Counted from the first letter of the stretch, positions 1 through 9,130 are shown. The stretch: 64,000 bases of DNA from Chloroflexota bacterium (GCA_014360805.1 JACIWU010000003.1:5020-69019); one strand, 5' to 3'. Program-made: numbers and translations. Notes: a model not told the origin generated them from the sequence alone.

Positions 1-1191
1 CTTGCGCAGGCGCTTGCGTAGTTCCTCCGCCAGCGCCGGCACCACCTGGAACAGGTCGCCCACGATGCCGTAGTTGGCCACCTTGAAGATGGGCGCCTCG
101 GGGTCTTTGTTGATGGCCACGATGATCTTGGACGTGCCCATTCCGGCCAGGTGCTGGATGGCGCCGGAGATGCCGCACGCGATGTACAGGTCGGGGCGGA
201 CGGTGCGGCCGGTCTGGCCCACCTGGTGCGCGTAGGGAATCCAGCCGGCGTCCACGGCCGCGCGCGAGGAGCCGACGGCCCCGCCGAGCACCTCGGCCAA
301 CTCGCGGAGCGGCTTGAACCCCTCCGGCCCGCGCACGCCCCGTCCGCCCGACACGATGATCTTGGCATCGGCCAGGTTGACCTCGCCCTCCTCCACGATG
401 AAGTCCACCACCTTGGCGGCGATCTGGTCTTCGGTCATCACCGGCGGGACTTTCACAATCTGGCCCTGGCGGCTGGAATCCGGCTCGGGCATCTCAAACA
501 CGCGATGGCGCACCGTGGCCATCTGCGGGCGGTAGTTGGGGCAGATGATGGTCGCCATGATGTTGCCGCCGAAGGCCGGGCGGGTCTGGCGCAGGAGTTT
601 CGTCTCCGGGTCAATGTCCAGCCCCGTGCAGTCCGCCGTCAGGCCGGTGTGGACTTCGGTGGCCACGGCGCCGGCCAAATCTCGGCCACGGGCGCTGGCC
701 CCCAGCAGGAAGATTTCCGGCTTGTACTGCCGCACCAGGTGCACCAGTTGCTTGGCGTAGGGCGCGGTACGGTACACGCCCAGCGACGGGTCGTCCACCA
801 GGAAGACGCGGTCTGCGCCGTAGTAAATGGCCTGCTGCGCGATGCCCTCCACGTTGTGGCCCAGGACGCAGGCCGTGAGAGTGGTGCCCAGGCTGTCGGC
901 GATCTTGCGACCCTGGCCCATCATCTCCCAGGAGATGCTGCACGCCTCGCCTCGGAACTGCTCCACCCAGACCCAGACGCCCTGGTACGCGCTGATGTCC
1001 TCTTCGCCCTTGCCCCGCTCGGGCAGGCTCAACGCCTCCACGGGGCAGACCTCCAGGCACGCGCCGCAGGCGGTGCACTTGTCGTCCACCGCCGCCTTGT
1101 CGTTCTCCATGCGCAGCGCGCCGAAGGGACAGGCCGCCACGCACGCCCCGCAGCCAATGCACGCTTCGGTGTCAATGATCAAGAGCGCCAT
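1..1191 (-). CDS. etfA: Electron transfer flavoprotein alpha subunit (EtfA) with an N-terminal 2x[4Fe-4S] ferredoxin domain. The C-terminus lies beyond the window start.
   Basis: My minus-strand translation from the ATG at 1191 gives [25 protein letters not shown]...[15 protein letters not shown], which is two CxxCxxCxxxCP motifs. An Etf-alpha FAD-binding fold follows. This ORF is absent from the track because it runs off the window edge. It sits directly downstream of etfB. Confidence 0.8.
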   Translation of the reverse strand, partial: MALLIIDTEACIGCGACVAACPFGALRMENDKAAVDDKCTACGACLEVCPVEALSLPERGKGEEDISAYQGVWVWVEQFRGEACSISWEMMGQGRKIADSLGTTLTACVLGHNVEGIAQQAIYYGADRVFLVDDPSLGVYRTAPYAKQLVHLVRQYKPEIFLLGASARGRDLAGAVATEVHTGLTADCTGLDIDPETKLLRQTRPAFGGNIMATIICPNYRPQMATVRHRVFEMPEPDSSRQGQIVKVPPVMTEDQIAAKVVDFIVEEGEVNLADAKIIVSGGRGVRGPEGFKPLRELAEVLGGAVGSSRAAVDAGWIPYAHQVGQTGRTVRPDLYIACGISGAIQHLAGMGTSKIIVAINKDPEAPIFKVANYGIVGDLFQVVPALAEELRKRLRK

Positions 1192-1200
1192 GGCAGCCTC

Positions 1201-2001
1201 CTATATCACTTTCTCTTGAAGCAGCAGGTCGGCCAGTTTCGCGGCCTGCTCTTGGGGCGATTCGCCCTCAATCATCACGATTTGCCCGCTGCGGGGCGGC
1301 GGGTTGAACACGCGCACCACCTGCGTCGGCGAGCCTTTCAGCCCCAGCAGGTCCGGCTTGGCATCGGGCAGGTCCGCTGCCGTCCAGACGGGAATCTCCG
1401 CCCGCGTTGCCCGTCGGATGCCCATGATGGTGGGGTAGCGCGGCTGGTTGATGTCCTTGACGACCGTCAGCAGGGCGGGCAGGCGCGTCTCCACCACCTC
1501 GCGGCCCTCCTCCAGAAGCCGCTCTACCTTGATTCGCTTCGCCTGGAAGTCAATCTCCTGAATCTTGAAGACATACGTGAGTTGCTCAATGTCCAGTTGG
1601 CGGGCGATGCCCGGGCCGACCTGGCCGGTGTCGCCGTCAATGGCCTGCTTGCCGCACAGGATCACATCAAAGTCGCCGATCTTGCGGATGGCATTGGCCA
1701 GGGTGTAGGCGGTGGCCCAGGTGTCCGAGCCGGCGAAGGCGCGATCGCTGAGAAGGATGGCCTCGTCCGCGCCCATGGCGATGGCCTCCTTCAGCGCCTC
1801 TTTGGCCTGCGGCGGGCCCATGGAGATGACCGTTACCTTGCCCCCGAATTTCTCGCGCAGGCGCAGGGCCTCCTCAATGGCATAGGTATCAAAGGGGTTC
1901 ACGATGCTGGGGACGCCCTCGCGGATGAGGGTCCCCGTCTCCGGATTCACCTTGACATCCGTCGTGTCAGGCACCTGTTTGATGCAGACAATGGCGTGCA
2001 C
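1201..2001 (-). CDS. etfB: Electron transfer flavoprotein beta subunit (EtfB)
   Basis: The 266-aa ORF starts MHAIVCIKQVPDTTDVKVNPETG and contains DTWATAYTLA and VILCGKQAIDGDTGQVGP, which are typical EtfB motifs. Confidence 0.9.
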   Translation of the reverse strand: MHAIVCIKQVPDTTDVKVNPETGTLIREGVPSIVNPFDTYAIEEALRLREKFGGKVTVISMGPPQAKEALKEAIAMGADEAILLSDRAFAGSDTWATAYTLANAIRKIGDFDVILCGKQAIDGDTGQVGPGIARQLDIEQLTYVFKIQEIDFQAKRIKVERLLEEGREVVETRLPALLTVVKDINQPRYPTIMGIRRATRAEIPVWTAADLPDAKPDLLGLKGSPTQVVRVFNPPPRSGQIVMIEGESPQEQAAKLADLLLQEKVI

Positions 2002-2136
2002 GTTGACCTCCTCTGCTGATGATGAACTGCTTGCCGAAGCATTTAGCCATCAGCCTTTAGCCGTCAGCCATCAGCACACCCCGCTGACCGCTGTCGGCTG
2101 ATCGCTGATTGCTGATTGCTGTCGGCTGACCGCTCC

Positions 2137-3357
2137 TTACGCTTCCCGCTGCCACTCCTCGGGGTCGTAGGCGGGCAGTTCGCACCGAAGCGGCTTATCG
2201 CTGCGGTATCCCAGGGCGTACTGCGCCTGCATGAGTTGCTGAATCTCCTTGGAGCCTTCGTAGATGACCGCACCCTTGGAGTTGCGCAGATACCGTTCTA
2301 CATCGTACTCGTCGGAATAGCCGTAGGCTCCGTGGACTTCCACGGCGTCGTCGGCGCACTCAAAGGACGACTGCGTCGCGAACCACTTGGCCAGGCCCGT
2401 CTCGCGGGTGTTGCGGATGCCCTGGTTCTTGAGCCAGCCTGCGCGCAGGTACAGCAGGCGCGCCGCCTCGTACTTCAGCACCATGTTGGCGATCATCTGC
2501 TGGACGAGTTGGTGCTGGCCGATGGGGACGCCGAAGGTCTGGCGCTCGTTGGCGTACTTCACGGATGCCTCTAGGCAGGCGCGGATGAGGCCCGTTGCCC
2601 CCGCCGCCACCGTGTAGCGGCCGTTGTCCAGGCACGACATGGCGATCTTGAACCCCTCGCCCTCCAGCCCCAGCATGTTCTCGGCGGGCACGGGGACGTC
2701 GGTCATGGAGATGAAGCCGGTGTTGCCCGCGCGGACGCCCAGTTTGCCGTGGATGGTGCCGGTCTCCAGGCCCGGCCAGCCGCGCTCCACGATGAACGCC
2801 GACATGCCGCTGTGGTCGCGCGCCTTCTTCTTCTCCATGTCCGTCCACGCGAAGATGAGGAAGTGGTCGGCCACGTCCGCCAGCGAAATCCACATCTTCT
2901 CGCCGTTGAGAATCCAGTGGTCGCCGTCGCGGCGGGCGGTGGACTGGATGCCCACCACATCGGAACCTGCTGCCGGCTCCGTGAGGCCGTAGGTGGCGAT
3001 CTTCTGCCCCATGGCCTGCGGGACCAGGTACTTCTGCTTCTGCTCCTCCGTGCCCCACTGGAGCAGGCCCAGGCTATTCAGGCCGACGTGCACCGACATG
3101 ATCACCCGCGCCGAGGTATCTACTCGCTCCAGTTCCTCGCACGTCAGGCCCAGGGAGATGTAGTCCATCCCCGCGCCACCATAGCGCACCGGGATGCAGA
3201 TGCCGAGGATGCCCTGCGCGGCCATCTTGGGCAGGATGCTGCGGTCAAAGGTGTGCTTGCGGTCGTTCTCCTTGACCGTGGGCGCGATCTCGCGTTCGGC
3301 GAACTCGCGCACCATCTTCTGCACCATGAGGTGCTCTTCCGACAGGGTAAAATCCAT
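2137..3357 (-). CDS. Acyl-CoA dehydrogenase (butyryl-CoA dehydrogenase-like)
   Basis: I place the start at the internal MDFTLSEEH, which is preceded by a GGAGG ribosome-binding site. ACAD hallmarks are [10 protein letters not shown], the catalytic [10 protein letters not shown] region and [15 protein letters not shown]. Confidence 0.85.
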   Translation of the reverse strand: MDFTLSEEHLMVQKMVREFAEREIAPTVKENDRKHTFDRSILPKMAAQGILGICIPVRYGGAGMDYISLGLTCEELERVDTSARVIMSVHVGLNSLGLLQWGTEEQKQKYLVPQAMGQKIATYGLTEPAAGSDVVGIQSTARRDGDHWILNGEKMWISLADVADHFLIFAWTDMEKKKARDHSGMSAFIVERGWPGLETGTIHGKLGVRAGNTGFISMTDVPVPAENMLGLEGEGFKIAMSCLDNGRYTVAAGATGLIRACLEASVKYANERQTFGVPIGQHQLVQQMIANMVLKYEAARLLYLRAGWLKNQGIRNTRETGLAKWFATQSSFECADDAVEVHGAYGYSDEYDVERYLRNSKGAVIYEGSKEIQQLMQAQYALGYRSDKPLRCELPAYDPEEWQREA

Positions 3358-3514
3358 GTCCCCCTCCTCGCTAGTCTTTCGGCGCCCCGGTCGGCCCGGA
3401 AAACGAAAGGCGAAGCCGTTGCCGACAGGGAACGCCACAACCTTCCTGTCGGCGCACATGCTTCGCCCGGATTGGACTGCGCCTTCGCACGTCTGAGACC
3501 TCCGTGGGCTCCGA

Positions 3515-3560
3515 CTCTTCTTGCGCCCATTATATCACGATGCGCAAAAGGCCACAAGCC
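3515..3560 (-). promoter_or_regulatory. Putative extended -10 promoter (TTGTGG-17-TGATATAAT) for the acd-etfBA operon
   Basis: The reverse complement of gcgcccattatatcac is GTGATATAATGGGCGC. The same GTGATATAATGGG core recurs at 18196. This would imply a 5' UTR of about 160 nt. Confidence 0.35.
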
Positions 3561-3605
3561 AGGCCCGCCGGAGGGGATGGTTACGGGCCAATCGGACCCG
3601 CGGAA

Positions 3606-5603
3606 TCAAGCGGGTTGGGCCACCTCCACACTCGCGAGGCTGTAGGGGCTGACCGGCGCGCCTGTCTCCCGCGCCCGCAGCCAGCGCAACATCATCGCGT
3701 CGCCGCTGGCCCCGAAGCGGTGCGGGTCGTAGCGGGCCAGGCCCAGCGCGGCGCGCTTGGCGTCTATGTGCGCTAGCGACCGCGCGACAATCTCTTCGGG
3801 ATCGCGCACGAATTCCAACTTGCCGCCGACGCGCTGCTCCCACCCCTGGCTGATGAACTCGGTTACGACGGGGCTGGCCTCCACAGGGTTGTCGCCTCCG
3901 AACAGCGTGTACACACCCGAAGCGACCAAGTATGCCCCGATGGACACCGCTTTCTCGCTCATCCATTCGGGCGCGATGCCCACGCCGGGGATGTCGCTGA
4001 TGTCTTCGCCCAGCCCGCCCTCGGTCGCCATCTGCGACAACACCGTGAGGATGCGCGAATTGTCCACGCACGACCCCATGTGGAGCACGGGCGGGATTCC
4101 CAGCGCCTCGCAGACCTCACGTAGCCCCGCGCCAACCTCATTGAACGCCTGTTCCGGCGACAGCAGCCCGTACTTCGCCGCCGAAATCGCCCCGCATCCG
4201 GTTTGCACCACCAGCACGTCATTGCGGATGAACTCGCGGACGATGTACTCGTGCGCCGCATCATGCGCGCTGGCGCGGGGGTTGTTGCACCCCGCCACGC
4301 CCGCCACACCCCGAATGCGGCCCTGCACGATCGCCTCGTTGAGCGGGCGAAACGACCCCCGATACACGCCGCCCATCATATAGTTCAGGTACTCATGGGA
4401 GAACCCGGCCACCAGGTTGCTCTTGAACTGCGGAATGCGGGTCTCGCCGCGATTGGGGTAGTTGTCAATCGCCATGCGCACCAGGTCTTTGGCGATGGCC
4501 AAGGCGCGCCGCTCGTCCATCTCCACGTGGAGCGCGCCGTGGATTTTCACCTTGGGCGAGGTGGTTACGAGTTTGGTGTGGAACCGCTGGGACAGCGGGG
4601 CCAGCGCCTCCATGATGCATTGCACATCCACCACCATCATCTCCACCGCGCCGGTGAGGATGGCAAGTTCCTGGCTGAGGAAGTTGCCCGCCGTGCCCAC
4701 GCCCTGCCGCATGAGAACCTCGTTGGCCGTGCAGCAGATGCCCGTCAGGTTGATACCCGTCGCGCCCTTGGATTGGGCGTAGGCGATGAGTTCGGGATCC
4801 TGGGATGCCGCGACGATCATCTCCGACAGCGTCGGCTCGTGGCCGTGGACAACGATGTTGACGGTGTCCTTGCCCAGGATGCCCAGGTTGGCCTGGGATT
4901 GCAAAGGCGCGGGCGTGCCGAACAGGATGTCGGTGATGTCGGTGGCCAGCATGGAGCCGCTCCAGCCGTCGGCCAGGGCGCAGCGCAGGCCGGCCATGAG
5001 GATGTGCTCGTGGTCCTGGTCGTCGCCGATGTGGGTGCGGTGGAGCAAATCCACCACCTCGCGGTCAATGCCGCGTGGCGCGATGCCCAGATTGCGCCAG
5101 ATTTCCTGGCGCGGCTTGGGGGCGCGGCGCAGGTAGGCGGCCTCCTTGCGTTGCGACGTGAACTGCTCCATGGCCTTGAGCGCCACGTCGCGGGCCACCT
5201 CCATCGTGCCTCGCTTCTCGGTGGCCACGCCCAAGAAACGCGCCACCTCGCGCAGTTTTCGCTCGTCGCGGATTCGGTAGTCGGGCGCTTCGCCTTCGGC
5301 GGCGGCCAGCAGGGTGAACACCAGGTCGCGCCCGTGATCGGAGTGGGCCGCTGCGCCTACCGCGATCATGCGGGCGAAGTTGCGTGAGGTAACGGTCTCT
5401 ATCGTGGCCCCGCAGATGCCCGTCTGGCCGGGCTTCACCAGGCGGCACGGGCCCATGTGGCAATGCTTGCAGCACGCGCCGATGTGCCCGATGGGGCAGG
5501 GCTTCATCGCCTCGGCGCGGCTGAATGCCGTGGAGACGCCCTCCTGCTCGGCGTACTCCAGCAGGGTACACACCGCAGGGTCAATACTCTTTGTCGTTGC
5601 CAT
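3606..5603 (-). CDS. cooS: Anaerobic Ni-dependent carbon monoxide dehydrogenase catalytic subunit (CooS-type)
   Basis: The N-terminal stretch EQEGVSTAFSRAEAMKPCPIGHIGACCKHCHMGPCRL carries the C-x7-CC-x2-C-x4-C pattern of CooS clusters D and B. The HGHEP and GCNNP motifs of the C-cluster region are also present. I chose MATTKS as the start because it follows a GGAGAGGAGAG ribosome-binding site. Confidence 0.8.
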   Translation of the reverse strand: MATTKSIDPAVCTLLEYAEQEGVSTAFSRAEAMKPCPIGHIGACCKHCHMGPCRLVKPGQTGICGATIETVTSRNFARMIAVGAAAHSDHGRDLVFTLLAAAEGEAPDYRIRDERKLREVARFLGVATEKRGTMEVARDVALKAMEQFTSQRKEAAYLRRAPKPRQEIWRNLGIAPRGIDREVVDLLHRTHIGDDQDHEHILMAGLRCALADGWSGSMLATDITDILFGTPAPLQSQANLGILGKDTVNIVVHGHEPTLSEMIVAASQDPELIAYAQSKGATGINLTGICCTANEVLMRQGVGTAGNFLSQELAILTGAVEMMVVDVQCIMEALAPLSQRFHTKLVTTSPKVKIHGALHVEMDERRALAIAKDLVRMAIDNYPNRGETRIPQFKSNLVAGFSHEYLNYMMGGVYRGSFRPLNEAIVQGRIRGVAGVAGCNNPRASAHDAAHEYIVREFIRNDVLVVQTGCGAISAAKYGLLSPEQAFNEVGAGLREVCEALGIPPVLHMGSCVDNSRILTVLSQMATEGGLGEDISDIPGVGIAPEWMSEKAVSIGAYLVASGVYTLFGGDNPVEASPVVTEFISQGWEQRVGGKLEFVRDPEEIVARSLAHIDAKRAALGLARYDPHRFGASGDAMMLRWLRARETGAPVSPYSLASVEVAQPA

Positions 5604-5635
5604 TGGCTCTCCTCTCCGTTGCTGTGCGGTCGCGC

Positions 5636-5887
5636 TCACTCGGGCTTGCCGATACGCACGCGCCAGATGTCCGGCCCCTGCTCCAGGTACTCCCAGGTGA
5701 ACTGGCCTGGCCGCTCGTACAGAAAGGCGTAGTGGAGCGGCTTGGGGTCGTGATCGTTCACCAAAACGAACGCCTCGCCGGGTCGCAGGCCGTCAAACGT
5801 GGCGTCAATCAGCGGGTGGCGCTCTGGTGGTGGCACCGCGCGGATGTCCAGTTCGCTGGTGATGAATGGGCGCGTTCTCTGCTCCAT
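5636..5887 (-). CDS. DUF2249-family small protein
   Basis: The 83-aa ORF contains PPPERHPLI...FVLVNDHDPKPL...WEYLEQGPDIWRVRI, a pattern typical of DUF2249, which is often found near hemerythrin and NO-stress genes. Confidence 0.65.
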   Translation of the reverse strand: MEQRTRPFITSELDIRAVPPPERHPLIDATFDGLRPGEAFVLVNDHDPKPLHYAFLYERPGQFTWEYLEQGPDIWRVRIGKPE

Positions 5888-5905
5888 AGACTCCGCCCTC
5901 CCGGA

Positions 5906-6460
5906 CTACTGCAGGTATATTCCGCTCAGCCGGTCCAGCATGTGGTGATACTCCTCATGCTTGCCCGGGCCGATGCGCTCCATCTCCACGCGATCAAACC
6001 CTTCCAGCAGGCAGGCCTGCTGCTCGTCCGAGAGGTGCATGTCGGCGATGACGTACAGGATGTTGTCTTCCTTGTCAATGTGCTGGGTGAGCAGGCCGAT
6101 ATAGTTGGAAGCGTTCTGCGCGAAGCGGCGTGCCGCCGCGGGGTCGCCGGCTTTGTACGCGGGCAGCGCGTCGGCCATCGCCCGCACGTAGGAGCGCCCC
6201 TGGTCATGCTCGGCCAGCATCACCGCGATGGGGCCGCCCTCCTTGGGGACGCCTGCCTTCTCCATCTCCCCGAACAGCAGGTCTTCCTCCTTGCCGTGAT
6301 GGCAGCGGTCGGCGAAGGTGCGGATGAAGTCCACCATCTGCTCCATGTGCTCCGGCGGAACCGACTCCCCCACCTGGAGTTTGTCGGCAATCCTGCCCAG
6401 GATGCGCAGCCCCACCTTGATGCCCTGATGCTCCTCTTTGAGAACCTCCGTCGGTCTCAT
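5906..6460 (-). CDS. Hemerythrin-like (HHE cation-binding) domain protein
   Basis: It contains paired His/Glu motifs (EEHQGIK, HHGKEEDLLF, EHDQGRSY, HIDKEDNILY). I placed the start at MRPTEV after a GGAGG ribosome-binding site. The track ORF begins at an upstream TTG. Confidence 0.7.
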   Translation of the reverse strand: MRPTEVLKEEHQGIKVGLRILGRIADKLQVGESVPPEHMEQMVDFIRTFADRCHHGKEEDLLFGEMEKAGVPKEGGPIAVMLAEHDQGRSYVRAMADALPAYKAGDPAAARRFAQNASNYIGLLTQHIDKEDNILYVIADMHLSDEQQACLLEGFDRVEMERIGPGKHEEYHHMLDRLSGIYLQ

Positions 6461-6570
6461 CTTCGCGCCTCCGATTTGCAACGGGCCGATGCCCGATTGT
6501 CAGGTTTCTTGTACATCCAGTATAAACCAGGGGCGCGCTCCTGTATGTGACTTTGGTCGCGTGGGCGCAA

Positions 6571-6675
6571 GAACCGTGCGGCGCACTTCCGAGGTGCGCC
6601 GCACGGTTCGCGCTCTGGAATGCTGAAGCGTGGCGTTGGCATTTGGAATGCTGAAGCGTGGCTTCAGCATTCCAA
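6571..6675. repeat. REP-like palindromic element (16-bp arms GAACCGTGCGGCGCAC/GTGCGCCGCACGGTTC) followed by a duplicated TGGAATGCTGAAGCGTGGC and a second 13-bp-arm hairpin
   Basis: I verified both perfect inverted repeats by reverse-complementing them. They lie in the 210-bp gap between the oxidase subunit I stop and the hemerythrin gene. Confidence 0.7.
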
Positions 6676-6690
6676 GTCTTCGCGGTTGGG

Positions 6691-8337
6691 CTACGCCTCC
6701 GCCGGAGCCAAAGCCGGTTTGCGCTCCAGCCACCGCTCCGGCACCACCAGGCTCAGCACGTTCTTCCACCCCAGCGTGGCGATGATGTTGATGAGGAAGG
6801 CGACAAAGCCCACTGCAATGAGGATGCCGCCGATGACGGCCAGAATCTCGTTCGTCTGGTACTGGCTGCCTTCGGGGTACAGCGTTCGGCGCAACATGCC
6901 CCTCGCCCCCGCCATGCCCATCACGTAGGCCATCCCTACCGAGCCGATCATCCACAGCCAGAAGTGGGCGTCCACGAGGCGTTTGCTCTTGATCTCCAGG
7001 TTCGTCAGCATGGGGATCAGCGCGTACACCACGGCGAACAAGAGCATTGCCAGTCCGGTCAGCAGGAAGGTATGCGCGTGGAGCGACACGACCCACTGGG
7101 TGTTGTGGAACACCACGTTCAGCCCCACGTTGGCCTGGATGAGGCCCGCCGCGCCGCCCATGATGAACCCGAACATGGAGCCGAGCACGAACTTCAGCGG
7201 CGGCGAGAACTTCACGGGCCGCGCCAGCCAGATGGTCATCAGCGTGGCGAACAGCGTCAGGCCCATGGTGAAAAACTCGCCCCACGTGATGAACTGCCCC
7301 GAAATGAGCCGCATCCACAGCGGCTGGCTCTGATCGCCCAGCAGGTGGTGGCTCCATACGCCCAGGGACACGAGCAAGTCCACCATGATGACCGTCTTCA
7401 CCACGTTCTCGCCGAACAGTTTGCGGCCCACCAGCAGCGGCACCAGCAGGTACCACACCCCCGCCGTGTACATGAGCACGTTGCCGTCGGCCACCATGTC
7501 CAGCCCCCACCAGAACCAGTTCTTGTAGATGAGCGGGTCAATGGCGGCGGGGTTCAGCGGCGACTTCACAAGCGCCGCGATGCCATAGACCAAAATCAAC
7601 GCCCCCGCCGTGAGGAGCACGATGGCGTTGATGACGGTGTCAATGGAGCCGCGCGCCACCGCCACGATGAACACGGGCAGCCCGTTGTAGTCCAGGTTGG
7701 GCGCGGCCTTGTCCTCTTTGCCCAGGCGCTTCATCAGCCGCGAGATGCCGAACGCCGCCCGCAGAAACGCGCCGAAACTGTACGAGCCTGGGTTGCTCTT
7801 GCTCAGCACGGTGCTGAAGGTGTTGAACGAGAACAGCAGGATGTTGACCATGATGATGGCCGCGCCGACGGTGAAGGCGATGCTCCCGATGAGCGGCACG
7901 CGGTCATAGGACACGGGCAGCGGCCAGTAGAGCGTGTACAGCGAATTGAACAGCCCGAAGAACCCCGCGCCCCAGCAAATCATCACGCCGACAATCTGCG
8001 CCCAGAAGTTGAAGACCAGCAGTTTCTTGTGGCGAACTTCTTTGCCGAGGAGATAAGGAACCAGGAAGTAAAACGCGCCGAACACCAGCATGTAGGCGAA
8101 GCCGTAGATGCCGACGATGGGGTGCGCCGTGAGCATCGCGTAGAACAATTCCGCCGAGGACACCTCGCGCCCCACGGGCCGCAGCGCCATCAGCGCCTCC
8201 TCCATGCCCCGGAGCGCGCCGGGCGCCGCCAGTTGGGTACGCATGAGCATTCCCTCAAACCCCGACAGCGCCAGGAACAGCAGCCCCACCACCGCGAACC
8301 GCAGCATCCACTTCGTTTGCCAAGTGAGTTTCGCCAT
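6691..8337 (-). CDS. Heme-copper oxidase superfamily subunit I, NOR-like and divergent
   Basis: The protein is 548 aa with about 12 TM helices. It has the helix-II TAHPIVG His ligand, the helix-VII WSHHLLG His pair and the helix-X LHAHTF His pair. The helix-VI position reads WFWWGLDMVADG instead of W..GH(P/N).V. It has no N-terminal quinol-binding extension. Confidence 0.8.
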   Translation of the reverse strand: MAKLTWQTKWMLRFAVVGLLFLALSGFEGMLMRTQLAAPGALRGMEEALMALRPVGREVSSAELFYAMLTAHPIVGIYGFAYMLVFGAFYFLVPYLLGKEVRHKKLLVFNFWAQIVGVMICWGAGFFGLFNSLYTLYWPLPVSYDRVPLIGSIAFTVGAAIIMVNILLFSFNTFSTVLSKSNPGSYSFGAFLRAAFGISRLMKRLGKEDKAAPNLDYNGLPVFIVAVARGSIDTVINAIVLLTAGALILVYGIAALVKSPLNPAAIDPLIYKNWFWWGLDMVADGNVLMYTAGVWYLLVPLLVGRKLFGENVVKTVIMVDLLVSLGVWSHHLLGDQSQPLWMRLISGQFITWGEFFTMGLTLFATLMTIWLARPVKFSPPLKFVLGSMFGFIMGGAAGLIQANVGLNVVFHNTQWVVSLHAHTFLLTGLAMLLFAVVYALIPMLTNLEIKSKRLVDAHFWLWMIGSVGMAYVMGMAGARGMLRRTLYPEGSQYQTNEILAVIGGILIAVGFVAFLINIIATLGWKNVLSLVVPERWLERKPALAPAEA

Positions 8338-8349
8338 CTCACACCTCCC

Positions 8350-8772
8350 CTATGGCACTACGCGAATGGCATTCGGGAAGTACATCTCCGAATGGCGCGG
8401 GCCTGAGTATTCGGTGGAACGCACATCGTACACGCCAGGGGTGTCAAACTTCCACGTAATCTTGTTCTCGTAGCCCGGCAGGACCTGCATCTGGAAGACC
8501 ATCGTCCCATCGGGACGGAACACCCCGAAGCCGTAGGTTACGTCCTTGGACGTGGCGACAAACTGCACGAACTCATTGACCTTGACCTGCACGCCGCCCT
8601 GGGGAAACCGAATCTGGTAGTCTTCAAACTCCAGCGGAACGATTCGGTCGGGCGTGGGGCGAGACCACAGGAGCCACCGTTGCCAGGGAACCAAAGGCGA
8701 GAGTGTGATGGCGTTGACGAGCAGGAACACGCCCACGAGGACGAACAACCAGTTCCGTTCCCGTTTGTCCAT
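8350..8772 (-). CDS. Heme-copper oxidase subunit II-like cupredoxin protein, Cys-free with no CuA or heme c site
   Basis: The protein is 140 aa with an N-terminal TM helix. Its C-terminal beta-rich domain ends ...STEYSGPRHSEMYF, which resembles a degenerate CuA loop lacking both Cys. It contains no CxxCH motif. It is immediately upstream of subunit I. Confidence 0.55.
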   Translation of the reverse strand: MDKRERNWLFVLVGVFLLVNAITLSPLVPWQRWLLWSRPTPDRIVPLEFEDYQIRFPQGGVQVKVNEFVQFVATSKDVTYGFGVFRPDGTMVFQMQVLPGYENKITWKFDTPGVYDVRSTEYSGPRHSEMYFPNAIRVVP

Positions 8773-8773
8773 C

Positions 8774-8878
8774 TCAATCTCCTTTCTCCCTCACTTTCCA
8801 GGCGAAGAGCAGCATGAAGAGGATCGCCAGAACCAGGAATGCCGTGTAAGCCCACCAGATGACATCCGTTGCGTACAT
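8774..8878 (-). CDS. 34-aa single-TM peptide, possible accessory oxidase subunit
   Basis: This ORF is not in the track. My translation is MYATDVIWWAYTAFLVLAILFMLLFAWKVREKGD. It is preceded by an AAGGAGGG ribosome-binding site. Its stop overlaps the subunit II start in a TGAGATG arrangement. Confidence 0.45.
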   Translation of the reverse strand: MYATDVIWWAYTAFLVLAILFMLLFAWKVREKGD

Positions 8879-9100
8879 AGCCCCCTCCTTGTGGTTTTTG
8901 CAGCACGCGGGTCTGCGAGGATAAGGCGGAGACTTCCGCCCTCATACGAAAATTCTAGCATCGCTGCAAGGCCACGTCTGTAACTTTTGTCGCAAATCGC
9001 GGCATGGCGCGGCCCGCAATATCCCGCTCCCATGCAGGCGACATGCGGATTGTCGGTAGGTCTTGCAGTAACGCTGTAAGATTTCCTCACAATAGCGCAT

Positions 9101-9130
9101 TAAAATATTGACAGCCGCTCGCAATCCGTG
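9101..9130 (+). promoter_or_regulatory. Sigma70-like promoter of htrA (TTGACA-18-TATAAT) with a leader of about 190 nt
   Basis: The sequence ttgacagccgctcgcaatccgtgctataat is a consensus hexamer pair in an AT-richer island of a GC-rich genome. Confidence 0.5.

Noticed and set aside
151-2019. A 622-aa ORF on the + strand. It is one of many long ORFs, others being 6658..8406, 5525..6550, 14405..15667, 19663..21621, 25604..28621, 33193..35532, 37881..40760 and 41319..44948.
   Set aside because: These ORFs run antisense to, or out of frame with, genes that have clear family motifs. Their translations are Arg/Gly/Ala/Pro-rich low-complexity strings typical of stop-codon-poor frames in 65% GC DNA. 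They have no ribosome-binding site and no domain signature.
3606-5603. Alternative call of the cooS ORF as a hybrid cluster protein (Hcp), prompted by the hemerythrin and DUF2249 neighbours
   Set aside because: The N-terminal C-x7-CC-x2-C-x4-C spacing with GPCR, the EQEGVSTAF region, HGHEP and GCNNP fit CooS. They do not fit the Hcp N-terminal CxxC...C pattern.
9050-9085. CRP/FNR-like site TGTAA-gatttcc-TCACA in the divergent region between the oxidase operon and htrA
   Set aside because: The half-sites are one mismatch away from TGTGA/TCACA and the spacer is 7 nt rather than 6. It is too weak to call without the organism's own regulon data.
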